From positions 128,001 to 192,000 of the forward strand of contig JAKFCY010000002.1 of NCBI GenBank assembly GCA_036676395.1: a DNA stretch of 64,000 nt. The letters are read 5' to 3'. The notes below the pieces were generated by a model. It had not been told where the DNA came from and did not search any database. It was given only the letters and a program-made list of their open reading frames with translations. Origin of the DNA: Bdellovibrio sp. Lineage in GTDB: Bacteria; Bdellovibrionota; Bdellovibrionia; Bdellovibrionales; Bdellovibrionaceae. Below are positions 28,802 through 38,856 of this stretch, piece by piece. Position 1 is the first letter of the stretch, and each line of letters starts with the position of its first letter. The translations under genes were made by a program, and so were the position numbers.

Positions 28802-29860
28802 ATGAAAACAAAGATAATTTTATTTATTTTCTCATTATTCGCGGTTTCTGCGCTAGTCGCTAAAAGCCCGTCGCCGCTTCAGCAAATGGAACAAATTGCT
28901 TTTGCTCCAAAGACTGAAACAGATTCGCTATTACTTTATGCAGACGGTGAACTTCTTTTCGAACGTTATGAAAATGGTTACACCGCAGATAATAAACATA
29001 TCGCGTGGTCGACTTCGAAAAGTATTTCAAGCGCGATTATCGGTGCTTTGGTTTACCAAAAACATTTAGATATTCAAAAATCGATCTGTCATTATGTGCC
29101 TGCGGCCAAAGAATTTAAGCACTGCGATCTGCGTGCAACTGATTTTTTAAGCTGGTCATCAGGTCTAACCTGGAATGAAGCTTATGAAGACCCAAGTGGC
29201 GATCGTGAACAATCATCAGTGGCACAGCTTCTTTACGGCGATGCGATTGCTGACACCACGCAATTTATGATTTCTCATCCTTCAAAAAATACGGGTAAAA
29301 AAGAGTGGAACTATTCAACGGGTGATTCAACTTTTTTAATGGGTATTGCCAAAGCTGCGGTTCCTAAAGACGAACAACAAACTTTTCCGTGGAAGTATTT
29401 ATTTGATCCATTGGGAATAGACGTTACTTTCGGACAAGATCAATCCGGCACCTTTGGTGGGGGGTCTTCGATTTATATTCGCCCTCGTGATTTAGCAGTC
29501 ATTGGTGATTTGTATTTAAAACGTGGTTTATGGAACGGCAAACGTATTTTTTCTGAAGCGTGGGTTGATTACACCAATTCACGTCCTGAAACTTTTGATT
29601 TTTTTAACTCTGAAGAAATCACCTTTCATTCAAAGCGCAGTTGGTGGACCATTAATCCCAAGATAGCAGCAGCGAAAAAAATCCCAGACAGTCTGATTGC
29701 AAATGGTCACTGGGGGCAATATTTAGTGATTATACCATCATTAAATATGGTGCTTGTGCGAATGGGAAATAACCAAGCTATCGATTCTGATTTTGACTTA
29801 ATCGCTTTAATTGAAAAAGCCGTACGTGCTGTTGAACAACATCAAGGTGGTAAAAAATGA
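28802..29860 (+). CDS. Secreted serine hydrolase, class C beta-lactamase-like fold
   Basis: Signal peptide; WSTSKS (SxxK), WNYST, ANGHWGQ. Confidence 0.88.
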   Translation: MKTKIILFIFSLFAVSALVAKSPSPLQQMEQIAFAPKTETDSLLLYADGELLFERYENGYTADNKHIAWSTSKSISSAIIGALVYQKHLDIQKSICHYVPAAKEFKHCDLRATDFLSWSSGLTWNEAYEDPSGDREQSSVAQLLYGDAIADTTQFMISHPSKNTGKKEWNYSTGDSTFLMGIAKAAVPKDEQQTFPWKYLFDPLGIDVTFGQDQSGTFGGGSSIYIRPRDLAVIGDLYLKRGLWNGKRIFSEAWVDYTNSRPETFDFFNSEEITFHSKRSWWTINPKIAAAKKIPDSLIANGHWGQYLVIIPSLNMVLVRMGNNQAIDSDFDLIALIEKAVRAVEQHQGGKK

Positions 29861-30168
29861 AATTATTTTTAATTATGATCACGATGATATGTGCCGCTAC
29901 GGTCAATGCAGGCGTTCTTCCTTATAAAACCAAGCTTCCTTTTTTAGCCACACGTTACCGTGCCTTTCACACCTGCAATTGCCTGTACGTGATGAAAATG
30001 AACCAGACTTACTGCGAGAATTTCAGTAAAGTAGATCCGCCAATTTTTACTTTGGTTATTGATGCTGCCAATAAATCGGTGTCGTCGGGCATTTCGGGAA
30101 TGGATTTTAAACCCGCTGTGGCAAAATTTGTGAATGATCGCACAGGTTGCCACATCATTAACGATTAA
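29857..30168 (+). CDS. Small secreted Cys-containing partner protein
   Basis: Signal peptide; CNC, C and GC residues; ATGA-coupled to the hydrolase. Confidence 0.65.
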   Translation: MKLFLIMITMICAATVNAGVLPYKTKLPFLATRYRAFHTCNCLYVMKMNQTYCENFSKVDPPIFTLVIDAANKSVSSGISGMDFKPAVAKFVNDRTGCHIIND

Positions 30169-30173
30169 TTGAC

Positions 30174-30189
30174 AGGCACCATTTTTGCG
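30174..30189 (+). promoter_or_regulatory. Putative sigma54 -24/-12 promoter of pfpI
   Basis: AGGCACCATTTTTGCG, GGCAC-N5-TTGC. Confidence 0.6.
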
Positions 30190-30224
30190 ATAACTCCTGC
30201 TGAACTAGTTCATCAGGAGGACTT

Positions 30225-30824
30225 ATGCATCCCATCAGAGGAAAACGAATCGCTATTTTGGCAACAGATGGCGTTGAATTTTCAGAATTAACAAAACCCA
30301 AAGAATTTTTAGAAAACTACGAAGCTTTAACAGAAGTCATTTCTTTAAAAGCAGGTTCTATTAAATCATGGAAAGACAAAAACTGGGGCGAAGAAATTCC
30401 AGTCGATAACATCGTTACGCAAGTCGATGCTGAAGACTACGATGCCTTGTTATTGCCTGGTGGGGTAATGAATCCAGATAGCTTACGCATGAATGAAGCT
30501 GCGGTTCATTTTGTCAGTCAGTTTGTCGATACCGGAAAACCAATCGGAGCCATTTGTCATGGCCCATGGGTATTAGTTGAAACTAATATTTTAGAAGGCC
30601 GAGTTGTCACTTCGTGGCCATCGCTACAAACAGATTTATTAAATGCCGGAGCTAAATGGGTGGATCAAGAAGTAGTTTCTGATCAAGGATTAGTAACAAG
30701 CCGAAAACCCGCAGATATTCCGGCCTTCTGTAAGAAATTTATGGAAGAAATTGCTGAAGGCCCACATCGTCGCACCATTGGTGAGCTGTCACCAAAAGCA
30801 GAACACATGCAGAGAAATCATTAA
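30225..30824 (+). CDS. pfpI: PfpI/DJ-1 family (type 1 glutamine amidotransferase-like) protein
   Basis: DGVEFSE, LPGG, AICHGP, TSRKPAD. Confidence 0.92.
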   Translation: MHPIRGKRIAILATDGVEFSELTKPKEFLENYEALTEVISLKAGSIKSWKDKNWGEEIPVDNIVTQVDAEDYDALLLPGGVMNPDSLRMNEAAVHFVSQFVDTGKPIGAICHGPWVLVETNILEGRVVTSWPSLQTDLLNAGAKWVDQEVVSDQGLVTSRKPADIPAFCKKFMEEIAEGPHRRTIGELSPKAEHMQRNH

Positions 30825-32317
30825 CGATTGATTTGCATGATCATGATTCCAGGACCTGATTCAGGAGCTGGAATTGAATATGAGGCAGGAGATAAATCAG
30901 TTAATGCTCCAGTGCTTTTATTTACTGAAAATGCACTGATAGACGGTGAATCAAGTGTATTACAAGTGTAGGCATAATTTCCCGTAGTATCGATGCGTAT
31001 ATCATTAGGCCCGCCTGCAGTCGTAACTTCTGATGCTCGAGAAAGTCCGCCGGTGGATGGGTTGATTGAATAAACAATTACGCGCTTTCCATTAGGATCA
31101 GTGCGAGAAAAAGCTGTACCATAAAGAAATAGACCATCTGCAGAGACTGTTGAAGCAGAACCACCGTCGTCGGGAATCGTTGGAGATCCATTATCAATCG
31201 GAGCTTCGATCGGTGTAAGTGCTCCGGTAGTTTGGTTAATTTGCCAACCTGCTATTTTACCTTGAGCATATAAACCCATATATAACCATTGGCCATTTGG
31301 GTGAATGGAAATACCATCGCCACGGTTGTGTGTAATTCCACCACCGAGAGTGTTTCTAAATGGCGAACCTTCAACGACTGATAATGATCCGGTAGATTGA
31401 TCGACTGTGAATGCAACCACGCCGCTACTAACAGCATTTGAAGATCCCGCAGCTGCAAATAAAAAACGACCATCAGATGAGCCAACTAAGCCATTAATAC
31501 GAGCCGCACCAGAAGTTGAAAAAGGACTGCCTGTTAATCGTGTTAATGAACCATCGGTCCCAACGGCATATCCCGAAACATCATTTCCATAATAGTTCGA
31601 AACATATAAGTAAGATCCGCTAGGATGGGCGAATAATCCGTTAGGGCCTTTTAATCCTGTTGAATCAGAATTTACTACGGCGCCTGAGGTTAGACGACCT
31701 GTTAGCGGGTTAATTGAGAAGGTTGAAATTGTGCTCGAAGCAAAATCGGCTGCATATAAGTATTTATTATTAATACTCATGGCAACGCCGTAAGTTCCAT
31801 TACCGCCGGTAGTGAAAGGACTGCCAGACACAGAAAGTAAAGCGCCAGTCGTCGGATGTTGCGCGTATCCATAAACCTGGCCGGGAGAGTTTTGTACACC
31901 TAAATATAAAAAAGAAGCATAAGAAAATTGCACTGTTGTTGCTGAAACGCCCGCACCGATTGTGCTGTATTGATTATCGATATTTTTTACTGAAATATCG
32001 TAGACGCCATTTTGCCCTGGGCCGACGTTGCAATCAATTGTTGTGAAATCATCTGATATTGCGACATCTTCACATTCATAGCTGCCAATAAAAACACGGG
32101 CCTTTTTATAAAAATTGGTTCCGGTAATTTGAATCGGGCAACCGCCAGAAATACTGCAGTAAAGATCGCCACCGCCATTCGCTACGATGCCATCGATAGT
32201 TGCTTGTGGCAAATCGCCAGGAGCGAAGCTTTCAACTTCTTGAATTTTACTACAATTTGCAAGAGTGAGTATTGTTGCAAGCGATATGATTGAGATAAAA
32301 ATTAATTTATTAAACAT
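30821..32317 (-). CDS. Lipoprotein with IPT/TIG domain and lactonase-like beta-propeller
   Basis: LANC lipobox; IQITGTNF...VFIG IPT motif; repeated (I/V)NxxTGxL and GSPF blades. Confidence 0.75.
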   Translation of the reverse strand: MFNKLIFISIISLATILTLANCSKIQEVESFAPGDLPQATIDGIVANGGGDLYCSISGGCPIQITGTNFYKKARVFIGSYECEDVAISDDFTTIDCNVGPGQNGVYDISVKNIDNQYSTIGAGVSATTVQFSYASFLYLGVQNSPGQVYGYAQHPTTGALLSVSGSPFTTGGNGTYGVAMSINNKYLYAADFASSTISTFSINPLTGRLTSGAVVNSDSTGLKGPNGLFAHPSGSYLYVSNYYGNDVSGYAVGTDGSLTRLTGSPFSTSGAARINGLVGSSDGRFLFAAAGSSNAVSSGVVAFTVDQSTGSLSVVEGSPFRNTLGGGITHNRGDGISIHPNGQWLYMGLYAQGKIAGWQINQTTGALTPIEAPIDNGSPTIPDDGGSASTVSADGLFLYGTAFSRTDPNGKRVIVYSINPSTGGLSRASEVTTAGGPNDIRIDTTGNYAYTCNTLDSPSISAFSVNKSTGALTDLSPASYSIPAPESGPGIMIMQINR

Positions 32318-32907
32318 TAATTTCGCCCGCTTTTAAAATTAGATAACACTAAGCCCACTGAAAATCGATTCATTGTAACATCTGCATCGGATAGGCTTTC
32401 ATTGTAAGTTGTAGCCGAATAATCCACGACTAAACCGATTTCTTTGCGCAATTGCGCGGTAACTTGAACGCCGTAAGCAAAATTACTTTTGTAAGCAGAA
32501 CTTTCGCCGTTGCCGGTGGTTTTGGTGAGTTTAAAGTCATTGCTTGGTTTTAAGATGATTCCGCCGCTGTATTTGCCGTTGAAGTACTCGATACGAAGGC
32601 CTGCGTTAGTTTCTTTGCCTGTTAGATTTGTAAAATTCACTTCAGAGGGGCTCGTAGTTTGATTCACGATAACGTATTCGTAATTTAAACCAAACCTAAG
32701 TTTTTTGTAGTTATAACCAAAAAAAGCAGCGATCGGAAAATACTCCATCGTGCGATCTGGAGCTAAATTATTTAAATCGCCATTTCCCATATTTCCAGAT
32801 CCGAACATCGCCATGATTCCATATGAATAGTTACCACTTCGCTGCGCGAGCGAAAAAGACGGCATAGCCAGAACTAGTATGAGTAAAATCCTTTTAAAAC
32901 TGCACAC
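32317..32907 (-). CDS. Secreted putative small outer-membrane beta-barrel; paralog of 3062..3691
   Basis: Signal peptide; shared blocks FGSGNMGN, TNLTG, IEYFNGK, VVDY, SNF. Confidence 0.6.
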   Translation of the reverse strand: MCSFKRILLILVLAMPSFSLAQRSGNYSYGIMAMFGSGNMGNGDLNNLAPDRTMEYFPIAAFFGYNYKKLRFGLNYEYVIVNQTTSPSEVNFTNLTGKETNAGLRIEYFNGKYSGGIILKPSNDFKLTKTTGNGESSAYKSNFAYGVQVTAQLRKEIGLVVDYSATTYNESLSDADVTMNRFSVGLVLSNFKSGRN

Positions 32908-32950
32908 TTGGTTATCAGTATAAATCTAAATTGGTTACATCACAAATTTG

Positions 32951-32965
32951 GTCTCTATTTGAGAA
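32951..32965. promoter_or_regulatory. Palindromic motif GTCTCA-N3-TGAGAC (2 mismatches)
   Basis: gtctct att tgagaa between the barrel gene and A2M. Confidence 0.4.
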
Positions 32966-33057
32966 CGAGCGCCTGCACCAAAGGCCAGGGATAAAGATAC
33001 CCGAACGCTTAAAGATGTACTTAAATAGTGGGGTAAAGACTTACAACAGGATGTTTA

Positions 33058-36000
33058 ATGGAAAAGATCAAAATTTTTTTTGGTAATTTGTTCGCGCTTA
33101 TCTTCGGAAATATCAATTATACTAAACCAGTCTGGCTGCAAAAAATATTTGATCTGGCAAAAGTAAATCCCCAAAAAACAAAAAAGTTTTTTATCACTTT
33201 GGGCGCGGTTGTTGTAACTGCAGTCGGAGCCATCTTAGATAAAAACTATTACGACAATTTACCTAAACCAAACGCAGTCTCGTTTCGCGTAGGGCAGATC
33301 TATTCTTACAATCACATCCAGCCTGAACCACGCTCTTTGTATATTACATTCAATAAATCAGCGGCGTCAGTTGACATGATTGGTAAACCAATTGCCAATG
33401 CTGAGGGTAATGGTATTAAATTAAAACCAGAGATCAAAGGTCAGTGGGTTTGGGCTTCAGATAAAGAATTAAAATTTACGCCGATCATGGAAAAAGGCAA
33501 AAGCGAATGGCCCATCGGGCAAAAATTTAGCGGAACGATTTCGAAAAAAATTCTTGGACCAAATATCATTTTACAGGATTATGATTTTAAATTTGAAATC
33601 GAGCCATTAAAGGCAAATAGCAGCAGCAGCGGTTTTCATCAAGATCCACGCTTTGCTGAAAATAAAAAAGTAATCACAACATTTCATTTTAATTATCCTG
33701 TTGATCCTGAATCTGTGAAAAAGCGCCTGAGCTTAATGGAAAAAACCGATAATGGTATCGAAGGACGTTCAAATTTAGAATTTTCAGTTTCATTTGATGA
33801 ATACAAAACTAATATGTATGTGCAATCGGCGAATCTTAAGATTGGCAACAGCAACATGGTTTATCGTTATGTGATTGCAAAAGGTTTTACTTCGCCATTA
33901 GGTGGTCAATCAGTGGCTGAAGCTGATGCGTCGATTCGAGTGCCATCGCTGTATGATTATTTTAAAATTACGAATGCTACAATTGTAATTGCCCGAAATG
34001 AAAAATTTGAATCTGAACAGATTTTGCGTTTTGAAAACGTGGCTGAAATTGCTTCTGAAGAATTATTTAAATCGATCGAGGTTTTTGAACTGCCATTTTT
34101 ACTGGATAAAAATGAAAAAAAGAGCACCGCTTACCCCTGGGAGAGCGTTTCTGAAGTGACTGAAGAAGTCATAAAAAGATCAAAAAAATTGGTTTTAACG
34201 ACAATTCCATCAGAGCAGTTAGTTTCATTAGAACATTCTTATAAATTTAATTCTCAACCGGGTAGATCGCTATATGTGCGTATTCCACGCGAAACAGTTT
34301 CATTTGGCGGCTTTAAATTAAAAGATGATTTTGAAAAAGTGATTTTGGTTCCGCAATACCCATCAGATTTACAAATCATGGGTAAGGGCTCGTTATTGCC
34401 GTTAACAGGCAGTAAGCAGCTTTCTTTAGTTTCTCGTAATTTAAATAAAATCACTTATCAAATTCACCAAGTGCGCCCAGAACATGTGAATCATTTGATT
34501 CCATCATTAGTGTATGAATTTTCTAAACCTGATATTTATGATATTCGCCCGGATCGCATTGCTGAACGTTTTAGTGGTGATATCCCGTTAATTAATAAAA
34601 ATCCGCAAAAAACGCAGTTTAGCTCGATTGATTTAGGGGCTTATTTAACCGGAAACAAAAAAGGCTTATTTTTAATTTCACTTCAATCTAAAGATTCGGC
34701 GGCCTATGTTGATGATCGCCGTTTTGTGATTTTATCTGATTTAGGTTTGATCGTGAAAAAAACCGTAGCCGGTGGTTATGAAGTGTTTGTGCAAAACGTA
34801 AGTACGGGCTTACCGGTTGTCGGAGCTAAAGTAAGTGTTTTAGGTCAAAATGGCATTAGCGTTTTAACAGTAGATACCGAAGCGAATGGCTCTGCAGAAT
34901 TTCCGAATTTAAAAGATTTTAAATATGATAAAGAGCCAATTGCTTTCACCGCGCAGCAGGGTGATAGCATTTCGTTTGTACCGTTTAATTCATATTCACG
35001 TGAAATTGATTTAACTTCATTTGATATCGGCGGCGCCCGTGATTCATCTGAATCAGATCAGTTAAATGCTTATATGTTCTCGGATCGCGGTATTTATCGC
35101 CCCGGCGAAAAAGCCGATTTTGGTATTATCGTTAGATCTAAAAATTGGGGAAAAGTTTTTTCACAAATTCCTGTAGATATCGTCATTACGAATCCAACGG
35201 GGCAAGAAGTTTTTAAACAAACTTTAAAAGTCAGTTCAAACGAAATTGAAAGCGTAAATTTTAAAACAGAAGATTATTTCGAAACCGGAAGCTATTCAAT
35301 CATGGCTTATATCAAGCAACCCGATAAATCTGTAGTGATGATCGGAAGTACAGCTTTTCAAGTCGAAGAATTTTTACCTGATCAAATCAAAGTGCGCACA
35401 ACTTTATCGCAAACAGAAATAGATGGTTGGGTAAAACCTAAAGATTTAAAATTGAACTTAACGGCTTTTAATCTTTATGGAAAACCAGCCAGTGAAAGAA
35501 CGGCGCGATCAAAAATTCGCATCAAAGCCACCGATGTGTATTTCAAAAAATGGAAAGATTATTACTTTAATGTGCCCAAGCCTTCGCAAATTGAAATCAA
35601 CGATAGTCTGCCAGATGTAAAAACTAATGAAAACGGTGAAGCTGAATGGAAGCTTAGCTTTGAGCAGTTAGAAAGATCTTTATACCGTTTACATATCGAT
35701 TCTGAAGTGTTTGAAACCGAAGGCGGTAAAAGTGTTAAATCCCAATTAAGCCAGTTGATTTCGGATCAAGATTATTTACTGGGATACCGCTCTGATTTAT
35801 TAGACCTATCATTCATTAAAAAAGACACTGCAGCTCAAATTGACATATTAACAGTGGATTCTAAGTTAAACCCGGTAGCGGTAAGTAATATCGTCGTTGA
35901 ACTGATCGAGAAAAAGCCGACGTCGGTGTTAATGAAACTGCCGAATGAAACTTATGCCTACCAAACAGTGTATAAACAGACAGTTCTGAAAACCTATAAA

Positions 36001-38856
36001 CTAGCAACAGCTGCAAAAGCGACCAAGTTTAAACTTGAAACCGCGCAAGTGGGTGAATATGTCTTAGTTTTTAAAGATGATCAAAAAACCGAGTTAAATC
36101 GCCTGGCTTTTAACATCGTTGGAACCGCCGACATTGAACGTGGTTTAGAAAAATCATCTATTTTAAAATTAGGTTTAAATAAAAAAGATTATAAACAAAA
36201 TGAAGAAATCGAAGTTCAGATTAAATCACCTTATGTAGGTGCTGGTTTAATTACAATTGAGCGCGATAAAGTTTATGCCCGCAAATGGTTTAAAACGACC
36301 AGTAAAAGTACGGTTGAAAAAATTCAGATACCCGCAGGCTTAGAAGGCCAAGCTTATATCGTCGTGACGATGCTTCGTGATGCCAAGTCTGAAGAAATCT
36401 ACACTTCGCCATTGGCCTACGGGGCAGCTACTTTTGCTATTGATTTAGAAGCTCGCCGTTCAAAAATTGAAATCACAGCTCCTGACGTTGTAAAACCTGG
36501 TGAAACATTAAGTTTTAAAGTAAAAGCCGAACATAATACAAAAGCCGCAATCTATTTAGTGGATGAAGGTATTTTGCAAGTTGCCAATTACAAATTACCA
36601 ACGCCATTGAATTACTTTTTTCAGAAAAAAGCCTTACAGGTTAATACGTATCAGATTTTAGATTTAGTAATGCCTGATTTTAATCAAGTGTTGCCAAAAG
36701 CAGCCGGCGGCGATGAAGGCTCAAATCTAGGGCGCAGTCTTAATCCGTTTAAACGTAAAAACCTACCTCCGGTGGCTCACTGGGTAGGTGTTGTCGAATT
36801 AACTGATAAATGGGCGGGCTTTCAGTATAAAGTGCCTGATCATTTTAACGGGAATCTAAAAGTCATGGTCGTAGCCGCTGATGATAAAAAACTAGGGTCA
36901 GACAGTGTCGATGTAAATGTGCGCGGCGATTTTATCATCAATGCCACAGCAACTACATTTACCGCACCAGAAGATGAATTCGAAGTTAACTTGATTATCG
37001 CAAACCAACTAAAAGGCAGTGGTGCCGAGGCTCAAGTTGAAATGAATGTTGAAAGCGCTGAAGGCTTTACGATTGTGGATAAAGGTGCGGATAAAATTCC
37101 GATTCCTGAAAATAAAGAAAAAAGTTTTAATATCCGTGCAAAAGCTACAGATAAATTAGGCTCATTTCCAATTACAGTAACAGCTGGAATCGGGACAAAA
37201 AAAGCCAAGGTAGAAATCCAAGTTTCAAATCGACCAGCAGTTCCTTACCAGCAGACTTTGCAATGGATGATTGTGCAGGATAAACCGGTTGAAATTACCG
37301 TCTTAAATGATAAAAAGCCAGAATTCAGAAAAAACTATGTTCAGCTGCACACTTCAATTAATGATCTAGTAAAACCATTCACGGCTTTCTATGAAGTGAA
37401 TGATTATTTATGTTCAGAACAAATTGCCAGCCAATTAGTGGCCCTTGTGCAAAAAAGCGATAAAACAAAAGATGAAACGCAAAAAATCAATAAGTTCGTC
37501 GCACTTCTGCGTGCGCGCCAACATACATCTGGAGCATTTGCTTTGTATCCAGGTGAAGGCCCAGCAAACTTAGATGTGTCATTACACTTAGGGATGATCT
37601 TTTTATATATGCAGGAAAAAGGTGAACCCATTCCTGAAGACATGTGGAAGCGCTATATCCAGAGCTTAAAATCTGATTACAACGAAACCCAATCAAAAAT
37701 GGATTTATTTCGTAAAACAAAAGCTATCTATTTATTGGTGCGTTCGCAGTATATTCCAAAAGAAGATCTTAAAAATATGGCCACATTGTTAAAAGACAAA
37801 ATGGCAAAAAAAGATTTCTCTGAAACTGCGGCACAATACTTAGCGGCCAGTTATAAAATGGCGATGCAAGATGATTTAAGCCAAAAAGCATTTACTCTGA
37901 GCCAGGAAAATAAAGCCGTGAGCTTAGAAAACAGTTATATTTTTCCACAGTCAGAGGTATTTGAAAATTTCGCTTTAGCGATTAAACATTTTCCGAATAA
38001 GGCTAATGATGTTTTCACATCAAAAGCTTTTTTCAGCGTGATCGAAGCTGCAAACCGCGGACAAATGAATACATATTCTGCCAGCTACTTGTTAATGAGC
38101 TTAGACACATTAATGAAATCTGGATCTGCAGCAGCTAATATCGAAAAGATCAAATTTACAGCTATCGATAGCGATGATAAAAAATCTGACCTTAAATCGA
38201 CTAAAAAAATCGATCTGCTAGAAACTTATAAAAAACTAGTCATCGAAAATGCTGGTAGCCCGGTTCTCTTAACTTATGTAAACGGTGGTTTTACAAAAAG
38301 TGAAGCGATGAAGCAAAACTACCAAGGTATCGAGATCTCGCGCACCTTTGAATATGCGGATGGTAAAGTCGCAACCACTACTGCATTAGGCGAAGAAATC
38401 ACAGTTAAAATCAGAACTCGTGTCACCCGTGATGATATGTCGTCAGTGGTGATCATGGATTTATTGCCAGCGGGATTTGAAGTCGTGATGGATTCAATCA
38501 GAAAACCAATTGATTCATACTCACCAGGTGATGAAGGCGGCGAAGATGAAGCGCCATCAGAATATGAAGAAGGTGAGGGCGAAGGAGAAGGTGCATCAAA
38601 TTGGCCGATGCAATTATTACTGAATAAAGCCTATGCGCAAACTTCATCGATTTCGCCAATGAACACACAACTTGTAGATGTGCGTGAAGATCGCGTAAAT
38701 ATTTATGCGATGATTGGTAAAGATATGGTCGAATACTCATACAAAATTAAAGCCGTATCAAAAGGCCATTTTAAAGTTCCGGGTATTTATGCTAAAGGTT
38801 TATACCGCACAGACTTAATCGGCCAGGGCGATTCGGGGCAGATTGAAGTTAAGTAA
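33058..38856 (+). CDS. Bacterial alpha-2-macroglobulin (YfhM-like)
   Basis: 1932 aa; N-terminal TM; SDRGIYRPGE, VEEFLP, LVDEGIL; thioester CSEQ; DLLPAGFE; REDRV. Confidence 0.93.
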   Translation: MEKIKIFFGNLFALIFGNINYTKPVWLQKIFDLAKVNPQKTKKFFITLGAVVVTAVGAILDKNYYDNLPKPNAVSFRVGQIYSYNHIQPEPRSLYITFNKSAASVDMIGKPIANAEGNGIKLKPEIKGQWVWASDKELKFTPIMEKGKSEWPIGQKFSGTISKKILGPNIILQDYDFKFEIEPLKANSSSSGFHQDPRFAENKKVITTFHFNYPVDPESVKKRLSLMEKTDNGIEGRSNLEFSVSFDEYKTNMYVQSANLKIGNSNMVYRYVIAKGFTSPLGGQSVAEADASIRVPSLYDYFKITNATIVIARNEKFESEQILRFENVAEIASEELFKSIEVFELPFLLDKNEKKSTAYPWESVSEVTEEVIKRSKKLVLTTIPSEQLVSLEHSYKFNSQPGRSLYVRIPRETVSFGGFKLKDDFEKVILVPQYPSDLQIMGKGSLLPLTGSKQLSLVSRNLNKITYQIHQVRPEHVNHLIPSLVYEFSKPDIYDIRPDRIAERFSGDIPLINKNPQKTQFSSIDLGAYLTGNKKGLFLISLQSKDSAAYVDDRRFVILSDLGLIVKKTVAGGYEVFVQNVSTGLPVVGAKVSVLGQNGISVLTVDTEANGSAEFPNLKDFKYDKEPIAFTAQQGDSISFVPFNSYSREIDLTSFDIGGARDSSESDQLNAYMFSDRGIYRPGEKADFGIIVRSKNWGKVFSQIPVDIVITNPTGQEVFKQTLKVSSNEIESVNFKTEDYFETGSYSIMAYIKQPDKSVVMIGSTAFQVEEFLPDQIKVRTTLSQTEIDGWVKPKDLKLNLTAFNLYGKPASERTARSKIRIKATDVYFKKWKDYYFNVPKPSQIEINDSLPDVKTNENGEAEWKLSFEQLERSLYRLHIDSEVFETEGGKSVKSQLSQLISDQDYLLGYRSDLLDLSFIKKDTAAQIDILTVDSKLNPVAVSNIVVELIEKKPTSVLMKLPNETYAYQTVYKQTVLKTYKLATAAKATKFKLETAQVGEYVLVFKDDQKTELNRLAFNIVGTADIERGLEKSSILKLGLNKKDYKQNEEIEVQIKSPYVGAGLITIERDKVYARKWFKTTSKSTVEKIQIPAGLEGQAYIVVTMLRDAKSEEIYTSPLAYGAATFAIDLEARRSKIEITAPDVVKPGETLSFKVKAEHNTKAAIYLVDEGILQVANYKLPTPLNYFFQKKALQVNTYQILDLVMPDFNQVLPKAAGGDEGSNLGRSLNPFKRKNLPPVAHWVGVVELTDKWAGFQYKVPDHFNGNLKVMVVAADDKKLGSDSVDVNVRGDFIINATATTFTAPEDEFEVNLIIANQLKGSGAEAQVEMNVESAEGFTIVDKGADKIPIPENKEKSFNIRAKATDKLGSFPITVTAGIGTKKAKVEIQVSNRPAVPYQQTLQWMIVQDKPVEITVLNDKKPEFRKNYVQLHTSINDLVKPFTAFYEVNDYLCSEQIASQLVALVQKSDKTKDETQKINKFVALLRARQHTSGAFALYPGEGPANLDVSLHLGMIFLYMQEKGEPIPEDMWKRYIQSLKSDYNETQSKMDLFRKTKAIYLLVRSQYIPKEDLKNMATLLKDKMAKKDFSETAAQYLAASYKMAMQDDLSQKAFTLSQENKAVSLENSYIFPQSEVFENFALAIKHFPNKANDVFTSKAFFSVIEAANRGQMNTYSASYLLMSLDTLMKSGSAAANIEKIKFTAIDSDDKKSDLKSTKKIDLLETYKKLVIENAGSPVLLTYVNGGFTKSEAMKQNYQGIEISRTFEYADGKVATTTALGEEITVKIRTRVTRDDMSSVVIMDLLPAGFEVVMDSIRKPIDSYSPGDEGGEDEAPSEYEEGEGEGEGASNWPMQLLLNKAYAQTSSISPMNTQLVDVREDRVNIYAMIGKDMVEYSYKIKAVSKGHFKVPGIYAKGLYRTDLIGQGDSGQIEVK

